This document shows, piece after piece, positions 43,306 through 54,334 of a DNA stretch of 64,000 nt (positions are counted from its first letter, which is position 1; each line of letters opens with the position of its first letter). A program made the translations under genes and the position numbers. The notes beneath the pieces are model-generated. The model was not told where the DNA came from. It saw only the letters and a program-made list of their open reading frames with translations, and did not search any database. The stretch spans positions 23,436,001 to 23,500,000 of the forward strand of contig NC_043012.1 in NCBI RefSeq assembly GCF_006345805.1. Direction: 5' to 3'. This DNA is from Octopus sinensis (lineage: Eukaryota).

Positions 43306-44895
43306 AAGAAGAAGAAGGAGAAGAAGAAGAAGAAGAAGAAGAAAAAGAAGGAGGAGGAGGAAGAGAAGAAGAAAGAAAGAAAGAAAGAAGGAGCAGGTGT
43401 TGGATAAGAATAGAAAAAAAAGGATTTTTTGTAAAGCTAAAATGTTGAAAAGGAAAAAAAAAATGAACCAATTTTCAGAGAAAAGGGGTTTGTTGGAAAT
43501 AATTTTAGAAAACTATAATTCTATGAGGCCCAGATGTGTGTTAAAATTTAAACCCAGGTAGAAAGCCAATATATATTTATATGCGTGCAGTTTACGATGC
43601 ATTACTGTAATATGGGGTATTTACAATATGATAATATATTAGAAAATATAAGTACACAGATCGTGTCATATAGCCAGCTGGGAACAATGTCTCCTGCGGC
43701 TAAATTACAGCAACATTTGTCCTAAACCAGGACTGCCATGTTATGTTGGCGAAATCTTTACTCCATGATAATATATTATTCAGAAAGATATGAAAAATTG
43801 CAAAAATTTAAAACTTGCAGCTTGTGAAACAAACTATTATGAGTAATAGACTAAGCTCAAATTACAAAAATCCTGGATCTGGCCTCACTCACCAAAATAG
43901 TAATACTAATCATTTCAAACTGAAATAAAAAAAAAAAAGGTTTCAAGTGTGATAATGCAGTCAGCTGACTCAACTGCAGAACATGTGGGGGTAGTTATTT
44001 ATGCAATCCCAGAGGGGTGAATCATAAAGTCTACCACATAAGGATTTGATCCTGAAATGTAAGGAAACTAAAATAAAGTCAGAGATTGAGTGTGTTTGAT
44101 GCTGTGACATTTCTGACTCAATAATGATGTTGCTGTTGGTGTTGTTGTTATTAGAAGCAGTGTGGAGACAAATGTAACAAAAATAAAACAAATATCTTGA
44201 AAGAGAAATAAACTTCAGAGAACAGTAAAAAAAAAACCTTTGCATCATTTAGAAATATTAAGAAAAAAAAAAAGGTATGTTTTGTGAAAAAGTAAGTTTC
44301 TGAATTTTAAACTCTAAGTTTAGAGTTTAAAGATGAAAATTATAGCAATGACATAATAAGAGGTACAATGGTTTTGGTTACAATTTGACCTCACTTTCCC
44401 AAAATAAATGCATCACATGTATGATATTATACTTCATCTCCAAAGCTCAAGTGATATTAAGGCAGTGTTGTACCTTCAGTATCTCCTTATTCCGAATAAA
44501 GAGAAGACAGCGTTGCAAGAAGCTGGGGGAAATATTCACCGAGATAAACCATTCATCATGAGAATCAAGTGATGTGCAACTAATTCTTGTGTTGATCCAC
44601 AGCAAAAAAAAAAAAACAAAACCAAAAATAAACCCCAGAAAAATCTGTATAAGTCGTGCGTCAGCTGGAAGAGAACGGTACAGAGCAATGTGTTGAATTA
44701 TTTGACTGACATTTCTAGTGGCTCGTTGTAAGCAGGAATAACTAAGAGAGATTTAGTATGCAAGAGAAAAGAAAGGATTAAATACAAAGATCAGCTGAAG
44801 ATATTTTCAATATTCGCTATCCAATAATCCTTTTGCTGAAATCAAATATGTATCTTGGTGAAAGTAAATAGTGTTTTCAAAACTAAAGCACTCAC

Positions 44896-45042
44896 CTTGA
44901 AGTCTTCAAAGTCCATCCAGTATTGTTGGCCTCCAAAACATACAAATGGAGTTGCTTGAAGTCATCCAACACAGCTAAACGGCAGCCAGAGGCTGAGAAA
45001 GCAGCAGCCAGGGTACGATTCTGTCCACATTCTGGTTCCTTC
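44896..45042 (-). CDS. WDR4: Internal coding exon of WDR4/Trm82/wuho (WD40 non-catalytic subunit of tRNA guanine-N7 methyltransferase), equivalent to human exon 3
   Basis: Minus strand ttctgtcttgtag|G AAG GAA ... ACT TCA AG|gtgagt. 147 nt, phase 2 at both ends, open: KEPECGQNRTLAAAFSASGCRLAVLDDFKQLHLYVLEANNTGWTLKTS(R/S). Aligns to human WDR4 [40 protein letters not shown], with the same intron positions and phases as I recall them. Confidence 0.82.
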
Positions 45043-45238
45043 CTACAAGACAGAATTTTGTAAACTGAAAGCTTGTAATAAAGGCAAGTGACTGTATCTA
45101 ATTCCTATTAATCAAAGACGGCAGCTAAATATAACTATAAAAAGTGAATAGGATAAAATGAGAGAGAGAGAGAGAGAGAGAGAAACAAAGAGGGAGAGAT
45201 AGAGAGGAAGTGAGGAAGAAATGGAAAAACCAGTGAAC

Positions 45239-45340
45239 CTTTGCCTTGCAAGTATTGATAGCTTAAAATACAATATGAGACCTAAAAGATCGACAAAGAG
45301 ATTTCCCATGTATTCTGAACAATTGATAACCTCGATTGGG
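45239..45340 (-). CDS. WDR4: Candidate upstream WDR4 exon (exon 2 equivalent); boundaries uncertain
   Basis: tgtttctag|C CCA ATC GAG GTT ATC AAT TGT TCA GAA ... CAA AG|gttcac is phase 2/2 and open. PIEVINCSE weakly resembles PFVFDCSK/LFIYDCSA of vertebrate WDR4. The donor is weak; an alternative phase-2 donor (att|gtattt) gives 69 nt. CpG dinucleotides are more frequent at 45300-45800, as expected near a promoter. Confidence 0.25.
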
Positions 45341-45914
45341 CTAGAAACAGCAATCAATCAGTTGTGGTAAGTATTGAACGGTATGCAGCTAAATGTACTG
45401 TACTATCGCAGCATTGACTCAATATATAAGATCAACCGTCTTCGCCTGACACAACACCTCAGCAATTTGGCTCGATTGACAAAAAAAACTGCCAATATAT
45501 ATAAATACATTATATATATATACATATAAATATATATATGTATGTATATGTGTATGTATTGTAGTATTGTTCTCTTCTAGACACACATCGACCTGTACAA
45601 AAGTGAGATATCAACAATTCTGTCTTTCTCTATTAGATACATCAACAGCTGCAAAACTTTTAATACACTTCTAATTATGCTAACATGAGACTATATATTC
45701 ATCATATGGAACCAACCAAGCTAGCAGACAAACACTTCAATAACAAAATAGTTAATATCACTTTATTTCATTGAAAAATTTTCAGCTTCGGCTCCGTTTG
45801 TTAGTTTATCAATCTTCAATCCATTGATCTTCTGGGCTTTCTTTTACTATTTATTTTTGTTGTTTTTTTTTTATGTATATAATAACCTGTGTTTCAGTGC
45901 AGTCACTATGAGTA

Positions 45915-46118
45915 CTCTTTTTACTTGTTTCAGTCATTTGACTGTGGCCATGCTGGAGCACCGCCTTTAGTCGAGCAAATCGACCCCCCGGGACTTATTC
46001 TTTGTAAGCCCAGTACTTATTCTATCAGTGTCTGTTGCCGAACCACTAAGTGATAGGGACGTAAACACACCAGCACCGGTTGTCAAGCAATGCTAGGGGG
46101 ACAAACACAGACACACAA

Positions 46119-46153
<35 letters not shown>

Positions 46154-46307
46154 CAACAGGCTTCTTTCAGTTTCTGTCTACCAAATCCACTCACAAGGCA
46201 TTGGTCGGCCCGGGGCTATAGCAGAAGACACTTGCCCAAGATGCCACGCAGTGGGACTGAACCCAGCACCATGTGGTTGGTTAGCAAGCTACTTACCACA
46301 CAGTCAC
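45915..46307 (-). mobile_element. SINE family A just upstream of the WDR4 5' region
   Basis: Reverse complement of the 7527 copy. Confidence 0.9.
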
Positions 46308-46907
46308 GAACTTTTTTGGGGGGGAATGTTTTTCTTTTTACTTTTCTTTTAGTTATTTCAGAGACTGGACTTCAACCATGCTGGAGCACCACCTTGAATG
46401 AATGGTGTAGTGGAACAAAGTGACCCAGTACGCATTTTTTTTTTTAAATCAGATATTTACTGTCAGTCTTATATGCTGAACCATCAAGTTACAGGAACAT
46501 TAACAAACCAACACTGGTTATCACGCAGTCGGTGGCAAACACACACACAATATATGTCAGTTGCTAAAAAGGTAAAAGTGATGCCTTAGAGAGAAATAAT
46601 TACAGAAGTATATAACAGTTGGATCAGGTGAAGAAAGTTTGGTTGCAAAACAAGCTTCTTGCGCTGAGCTGTGTGTGTATCTTTTCATTTTTTAAATGTT
46701 TTGGTTATTAGATTGTGGCCATGATGGGGCACTGGCCTGAAGAATTTAAAGTCAACGTATCAACCCCAGAACATCTATTGTTTTAAAGTCTAGTACTTGT
46801 TTTATCAGTCTCTTTTGCTGAACCACTAGGCTTTGAGGATGAGAACATCCCAGCACTAGTTGTCAAGCAGTGGTGGAAGAGAAACACAAACATAGGTGTG
46901 TGTGAGT

Positions 46908-47320
46908 GCCGCTGTGCTTGAGGAGACCTGTTGAGTCAAGTACATGAACACTCCGAACACCCCTCCCCACTGGTGCTCCACTATATTTCTGCACCCTCCC
47001 CCCCTACATAAAAAGCACCATCCGAACGTGGCCGATGCCAGCACCGCCCCGACTGGCTTCTGTGCAGGTGGCACATAAAAAGCACCAACCGACCGTGGCC
47101 GATGCCAGACCCCTCTGGCACCTGTGCAGGTGGCACGTAAAAAGCACCCACTACACTCGCGGAGTGGTTGGCATTAGGAAGGGCATCCAGCTGTAGAGAC
47201 ACTGCCAGACCAGACTGGAGCCTGGGGCAGCCCCTGGCTCCCCAGACCCCGGTCGAAACCGTCCAACCCGTGCTAGCGCGGAAAACGGACGTTAAACGAT
47301 GATGATGATGATGATGATGA
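46908..47320 (+). mobile_element. SINE-like family B with internal about 60-bp tandem units and (GAT)n tail
   Basis: GGCACRTAAAAAGCACC units x3, then TTGGCATTAGGAAGGGCATCCAGCTGTAG...GGAAAACGGACGTTAAACGATGATG. Other copies at about 8940-9385, 13360-13865, 21372-21642, 35280-35460 and 56565-56900 (-). Confidence 0.8.
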
Positions 47321-47567
47321 TATATATATATTAATAAATGAAATAAAACATATGCATATATATAAGCATATATGTACGTACCTACCTCTACATGTACATA
47401 TACACGCATATATTATATATATATTATATATATATATATATACATATATATATACATATACATATATATATATATACATATATATACATATACATATATA
47501 TATACATATATATACATTTATATACATATCACACACATTTATATATATATATACATATATATACCAC

Positions 47568-47603
<36 letters not shown>

Positions 47604-47632
47604 TATATATATATATATACATACACACATTC

Positions 47633-47667
<35 letters not shown>

Positions 47668-47909
47668 TTTATATATATATAATATATAATACCCACATTT
47701 ATATAATTATATATATATATATACATTTATATATATATACATACATTCATATATATATATATATTATAATACACATTTACATATATATATATATTATATA
47801 TATATATTATAATATACACATTTACATATATATATATATATATATATAATATATAATATACACATACATATATATATATTATATATTATATATATATATA
47901 CACATTTAC

Positions 47910-47941
<32 letters not shown>

Positions 47942-48396
47942 TTACATATATATATATATATATATACGCATTTACATATATATACACATTTTATAATATA
48001 TAACATATTTACATATACAATATATACATATACATATATATACTATACATATATATACATATATATACATATAGTGGATTAACTGTTGAAGTGGATGGAC
48101 GTCTATTTGTTTCTCTCCCAGTCAGTAGCAAGCTACACAGCTTCAAAACTAACTGACCTTAAATATATATATATTTGTAACCACGTGTTTGCCTACAAAC
48201 CCGTAAGTACGTTTTCATTTAACTACAAACTGTTATATACACCTGTTTTTCTTTTAATATCCTCAAACAACCAAATAATCAAAAACTCACACCCTTAAGA
48301 GAGAACATTTATATATATATACACTTCTTTAACTCCCAAAAAAATATATATATATTTTCAAAAATCAAAAGGAAAACAAACAAAAGAAAAACAAAC

Positions 48397-49674
48397 ATGA
48401 CTAACTTGCAGGCCTGCAACAGACGAAATTGGTCTGATAACGAAATTGATGTTTTAATAAACACATGGTTCTCTCTTTCCCAAACAGAAAATCTAAATGT
48501 CTTGTGTTTGAATGAGATTGCCGAAAAAACATCACAAGTGGTCAACACACGATCCGTCAAACAGATTCGTAGCAAGCTGAAACATATCGAAGTATCTTTC
48601 AAACTGATAAAAGGCCATTATGAAAAGCTTCTTCATATTTTCACAGTTAAAGAACAGCAACAGCTAGAAAATCAGCAGCCACAACAACAACAACAACAGA
48701 ATGAGCCACTCCTGGTTCCCAGCACAATGGCTGACCCTAACATCGGTCAAGCACAACAACAACAACAACAGCCACAGCAACAAGAACAACACAGCCACTC
48801 CTCAACTCTAGCTTACTAGACGATTCACTAAATGCCAGTATCTTTTCACACCGCTCTCACAGCAACCACCACAATTATCATCATCATCATCACCACCGCT
48901 GCCACCATCGTCTTCTATCACCAAAAATACCAACAGAAAACCAAATAAGAAACCATTGCCCTCTTCCCCCACATCACCACCTCAATACTACTGCAGTAAC
49001 AAAAACTTAAAGAAACATAGGAAGCAGAATGCGCCCCCCACGGCACAAACAAGAAATCCCCAAATATGCGCTATTCACTGCGCCCAGAGACTCTGCACAA
49101 ATAGTGCTGCATCTTCACGCATCTACCCGGCACTAGACGCACTACCGGCCAAGGCCAAAGCACGCATCCCACAATAACATCAACACCACCAAATAGTAAA
49201 TCGAAATTCAAACACACACAACTTGGAGTCCCAAAATCTGCCGGTATTCCCAACGTGAGAGAACATGTCTACTGAGTGACTGTCCCTTCACTCATCTTCC
49301 AGGGACCCGACGCACAAACAGAACGGGGCTTCAAGCCAACACACAAACCTGAATAAAAATAAAAATAAAACACACCATGCTGCAGTAATGCTGGTCCAGT
49401 CTTTTCAGGAAGACACAAAAACAACAACAACAAAATGGAAACTACAACCCTATCAACAGTGCAACCACACCTCCAGCCAAAAACTGCTCCCTAAGCAGGA
49501 AATTCTTTTTTAGCCATGTTGAACATGGCAAAAGAGATACACAAAAACATTCTAGCCATCACTCAACACCATCCTATGCTATTACCCCCAGTGCACCAAT
49601 TCCCCACATTGCTGCCACTAACACACACAAAAAATCCAAGCCCCCTGCAACACAGTCAAACACCACTACACTAA
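48397..49674 (+). CDS. LINE ORF1 (frameshifted as given): Myb/SANT-like trihelix domain + polyQ + Pro/Ser-rich linker + two CCCH zinc fingers + C-terminal helix
   Basis: N-term RRNWSDNEIDVLINTW...LNEIAEKTSQVVNTRSVKQIRSKLKHIEVSFKLIK. Finger 2 is intact in one frame at 49230-49316 (PKICRYSQRERTCLLSDCPFTHLPGTRRT, C-x8-C-x4-C-x3-H); a frameshifted paralogous finger at about 49058-49143 ends CIFTHLPGTRRT. C-term GNSFLAMLNMAKEIHKNILAITQHHP... stops at TAA 49672-49674. Confidence 0.7.
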
Positions 49675-52618
49675 CCTCCACATTCCTACTCAATGCACAA
49701 GGTGTCAGCCCTTCCATCAATGCACAAAAAAATGGAAGGTCCAATCATTGAAGACTGGGTTGGTAACCATTCCACACCACATCCCTTTCTTCATTCTCAC
49801 TGAGACCCACTTGACAACTCCCACTTGGAAGCCGAAGTGAGAGTGAAGAATTTCACAACCATCCGCGCGGATCGTATCGGCAGGAGGAAGGGTGGAACTG
49901 CCATTTTCCTGCATGATTCATTTACGGCAGATGGAAATAGTATATTCTCCAACGGCTACTGTGAATCAGTCACCGTGCACAACAAAGCCAATGACCTGAC
50001 AGTAATGGGCTCTATAGGCCGCCCCAAACACCCATACTGTGCTTTAAAGAATGCCTCAACAGCATTAAGTGCTTTATTCAACAGTGCCATTCTAGCAACA
50101 TACTCATGATGGGAGACTTCAATCTACCCTGTGTTGACTGGACTACAAACTGTTTGAAACCAAGCACTCCCGCCTCAACCGCTGACAAAGAAGCAGCAGA
50201 GTCACTTTTCGACTTTACGAATGAGTTTTTCTTGTCCCAACTTGTCCTTGCACCAACAAGACATCAGAACATTTTGGACCTAGTGTTTAGTAACCACACT
50301 AACACTATACATAACGTTACAGTGGAAAAAACCCTTCTTTCAGACCATGACATGGTTCTCTGTAACATGAAATTCCACCAGCTGAAAGCTAATCCTAGTG
50401 ACCTTCCTCCAGCCCACCCATTTGACAACACGGATCTCCATAAAGCCAACTGGGATGCAATCAGGAACGAGCTATCAAATGTTGACTGGTCCTTTACACA
50501 TACACACATCTCCACCAACCATAAAACATCTTGGCAGATCTTTGTAGACACCGTCACAGACATATGTGCAAAACACTCCCCACCAAGACCTGTGAACAAA
50601 AAGTGCAGAATCCCCCAAAACAGAAAAACCATTATCAGAAAAATAAAAAGAACAAACAAAAAAATTAACAAACTAAAGTACTGCCAACAGCAACACCACA
50701 TTCGACGGCTATCGCACTGCTTGAATCCAAAAAATATAACCTCCAACAATGCATGAAGACCCTCATCATAACCAAAGATCAGTTGAGGAGAAGTGGGCCA
50801 TTGAAAAAATCAAACTCAACCCCAAAGTGTTCTTTTCATTTGCGAGGAAACGCAGGGTCACTGTCTCCACTGTAGGCCCTCTAATTGACGAAACTGGCAC
50901 TCTCCAAGATAATGCCAAATCCATGGCCGAGATACTGCAGAAACAATACTGCTCTGTTTTCAGCAATCCTGATATGGCCGATCTGGGCTGTATCAGTGAT
51001 GTCAACCCCCAACACACTATATCGGACATAACGTTTAGTGCCCCTGATGTCTTAGCGGCGATAAACGAAATAAAACACAATTCAGCAGTAGGCCCCGATA
51101 GGTTCCCTGCTTGTGTCCTGAAGGTGTGTCGACACCAACTTGCATCTCCTTGCTAATCTGTGGAGAAACTCACTGGATGCTGGCTATATTCCAAAAAACC
51201 TTCTGTCCCAGTCTGTTGCCCCAGTTTTCAAAAAGGGAAACAAGTCCCTTGCAGTGAATTACCGTCCGATCTCACTCACCTCTCATATCATCAAGGTATT
51301 TGAGAGGGTGGTGAGATCTCGAATAACCCAATTTCTGGAAAGCAACAGACGGCTGATCTCCAACCAACATGGGTTCCGTAATGGAAGGGACTGCCTAACG
51401 CAGCTCCTGCATCACTTTGAGGACATTTTGAGAGCTTTGGGAGAGGGCTCCAACACCGATGTCATCTACCTTGATTTCAGTAAGGCCTTCGACAGGGTCG
51501 ATCACAAGATCCTATTGAAAAAACTATCCAACATTGGTGTCTCTGGAAAGTTACTGAAATGGATCAAGTGTTTCCTGACAGACAGATCTCAACATGTTGT
51601 AGTTGAAGGGGTAAAATCAAGCCCAGCCAAAGTCAGTAGTGGCGTTCCGCAAGGCACTGTGCTGGGCCCACTTCTTTTCATCATTTACATTAATGACATT
51701 AATGACATCATCAAGCACAGCAACATAAAAATCTTTGCAGATGACTCCAAGCTACAGAAGGTCATAAATGAGGTGAGTGACCAGACATGCCTTCAGTCAG
51801 ATCTACTGGCTGTTATCCAATGGGCAGAAAAAAACAATATGCTGCTGAACGAGGATAAATTTGAGCTAATCCACTTTGGAAAAGAGGATGCCCTGAAACT
51901 CCCATACTCCCTTCCTTCAGGTGAAACTCTCGCGGCGTCCAACAAATCAGAGACTTGGGAGTAATTGTGGACAACAACATAAGCTGGGCCACTCATATAA
52001 ACACCAAAGTTGACATGGCCCGCAGAATGTGTTCCTGGATTCTCAGAACTTTCCAGTCGAGAGATATCCACACCATTATCCTTCTCTTCTCCACTTTTGC
52101 CCGACCCCACCTTGAATACTGTTGTCCACTGTGGTCTCCCCACACAATACAAGGTATCATAAAAGTTGAAGCACCTCAAAGGGCAATCACAAAAAAGATA
52201 GATGCATGACAGGCCTCGACTATTGGGGTCGACTAGAAAAGCTAAAACTCTATTCTCTCCAACGTCGTCGTGAGCGCTACATCATCTGCATGATGTGGAA
52301 AATATTCCATCAGCATTGCCTAAATGATGTTGGCATCACCTTCAAGGTACATCCAAGGCTTGGGCCCCGTGCCATCCGCCCAAAACAAAAATCGCACTCT
52401 CATCTCATAACAACAATACGGCACAATTATTTCACCTCAATTGGCCCCGCTCTCTTTAACATTACACCAAAACCATTAAAACAGAAACTGACCCTATAGG
52501 GTTCAAGAAGTCTTTGGACAGATTCCTTCAAGAAATCCCGGATAAACCCCCTACACCTGGATATGTCTCTGTAAACAATAACTCTCTACTTGAGTGGGCC
52601 ATAGTGCCCAAATTCTGA
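49506..52618 (+). CDS. LINE ORF2: apurinic-like endonuclease + reverse transcriptase (several frameshifts in this sequence)
   Basis: APE motifs TFLLNAQG, ILTETHL, RADRIGRRKGGTAIF, LYRPP, MGDFNLP, NILDLVF, LSDHDMV. RT motifs NYRPISLTSHIIKVFE, QHGFR, YLDFSKAFDRVDH, GVPQGTVLGPLLF, FADD, DLGV. C-term LYSLQRRRERY...PTPGY...NSLLEW, stop TGA 52616-52618. Confidence 0.95.
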
Positions 52619-52865
52619 CTTGAAAGACTTCACCAGGTGGTGCTATTAAGTTAGACATGGCCTGGGCCAATAATGGCCGAAACCTATCAAAGTATCAAAG
52701 TACATACACATTTACATATATATATATACATATACATACACATTTACATATATATATATACATACACATTTACATATATATATATATACATACACATTTA
52801 TATATATATATACATACACATTTATATATATATAATATATATATACATACACATTTATATATATA

Positions 52866-52919
<54 letters not shown>

Positions 52920-53219
52920 TAGAGAGGGAGAGAGAAAGAGGAGGCTTCTTTCAGTTTCCATCTGTAAATTTCATTCGCAAAGCTTTATTTGGCCTGAGGC
53001 TATATGAAAGACACAAGCTCAAAGTACCACAAAGTGGGAGTAAACCCAGAAACAGGTGGTTGCCAAGCAATCTTCTTACCACACAGCTAAGCCTGCACCT
53101 AGTTTCCCCCATAGCTGCCTGCTGGCAACTTTTTTCTGTCTTCTAAGGGTAAATACTCAATCTTTCTCTGCTGTTTTCACAGCTATACTACATTCGAAAT
53201 TTATTTTTCTTATCTGTAT

Positions 53220-53254
<35 letters not shown>

Positions 53255-53774
53255 TGAATTTCTGAATTTACATTCAAATAAGTCTCCGATTTCTGTCATA
53301 ATATCAAGCTTTCTTCTGCTGGTGGCTCAAGTGACTTTGGAAGCGAAGATTGTCATATTTTAAGTCTATTACTTGTAAGATGATGTTCTTCAATTTAATA
53401 GAAAAAAAAAAAAAAAGAAGAAGCAGGCTTTTAGATGTAAATTGATCTATCTCAAAAAATAAATATTTATAGCATAAGTATAGAAATCACTCATAAAAAT
53501 TTATATCTTTTAAATTTTGTACTTTAACATTTTCTAAGTAATATATGTTAGTATACAGGATATATTTGCATGTGTTTATGTTTGTATTTATGAAATACAT
53601 TTAATATGGGTGGCAATCTCAGAAGGAAGAGCACCCAGTCGTAGAAACCTTGCTGAAGCAAACATAGCGGCTTAGAGCAGTCGTTTACTTGTTTGGTTCC
53701 TTTTAAACTGTCCAACCCATTCCAGCATAGAAAATGGAGGCAATAAATTCTGCTACTGCTGCTGCTGATAATGA

Positions 53775-54162
53775 TTTGTTTGTTTGTTTGTTTGTTTGTT
53801 GAGTGAAGCGGTCTTCATCCCGTCTGTAATGGGAGAATACCGAAATGTGGTCCTTTGCTATTTGTAACACCCGCAGAAGAGAAAGCAGGTCAACTCCCGA
53901 CACCGAGAGCATTGACAGATGGATGAATGCACATCCAGACTCAGTGGTTGCGTAGGAAATCGGGGACAAGAAACAGGAAAAAAGAGTGAGAGAAAGTTAG
54001 AGCGAAAGAGAACAACAGGGGTTGCCACCACCCCCTGCCGGAGCCTCGTGGAGCTTTAGGTGTTTTCGCTCAATAAACACACACAACACCCGGTCTGAGA
54101 ATCGAAACCGCGATCCTCCAACCGCGAGTCCACTGCCCTAACCATAGGGCCATTGCGCCTCC
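53775..54162 (-). mobile_element. tRNA-derived SINE family D with (CAAA)n tail
   Basis: Minus-strand head GGAGGCGCAATGGCCCTATGGTTAGGGCAGTGGACTCGCGGTTGGAGGATCGCGGTTTCGATTCTC (A and B boxes), CpGs retained, tail ACAAACAAAC. Confidence 0.8.
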
Positions 54163-54334
54163 TGCTGATGATGATGGATATGATGATGGGGAAGCATGGT
54201 GGTGATGATGATGCACCTGCGATAACAGAGCAATTAGGGAACATGTTCATACTGCAGAAAAGTGTGATAACAAATAGACAAAGTCTGTCATTTAGTCTTT
54301 TTGCCTGATTTCCACAACATATTAACAAATACTA

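Larger units (their letters stand above)
48073..52700 (+). mobile_element. Apparently full-length CR1-group (CR1/L2/Crack-like) non-LTR retrotransposon, about 4.6 kb
   Basis: About 320-bp 5' UTR, ORF1, ORF2 (APE+RT), short 3' UTR ending in an 8-bp tandem repeat (TATCAAAG)x2 at 52685-52700, a CR1-type terminus. A/C-rich sense strand; flanked on both sides by TA-rich microsatellite. Confidence 0.93.

Noticed and set aside
45368-45415. Reconstruction of WDR4 exon 1 as MAAIVQYILAAYRSILTTTDLIAV
   Set aside because: It needs three separate indel corrections in about 100 bp, far above the rate seen in the LINE (about one per 300 bp).
50264-52179. Minus-strand ORFs of 161, 104 and 128 aa
   Set aside because: Antisense shadows of LINE ORF2.
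5900-53270. Dozens of 60-230 aa ORFs rich in Y/I/M/C/V/H/T
   Set aside because: They are translations of (TA)n/(CA)n/(TG)n microsatellites, open in several frames and on both strands.
53980-54162. tRNA-like heads (also 7527, 8721 and 19375)
   Set aside because: A/B boxes run into SINE bodies and tails with no complete cloverleaf, so these are SINEs rather than tRNA genes.
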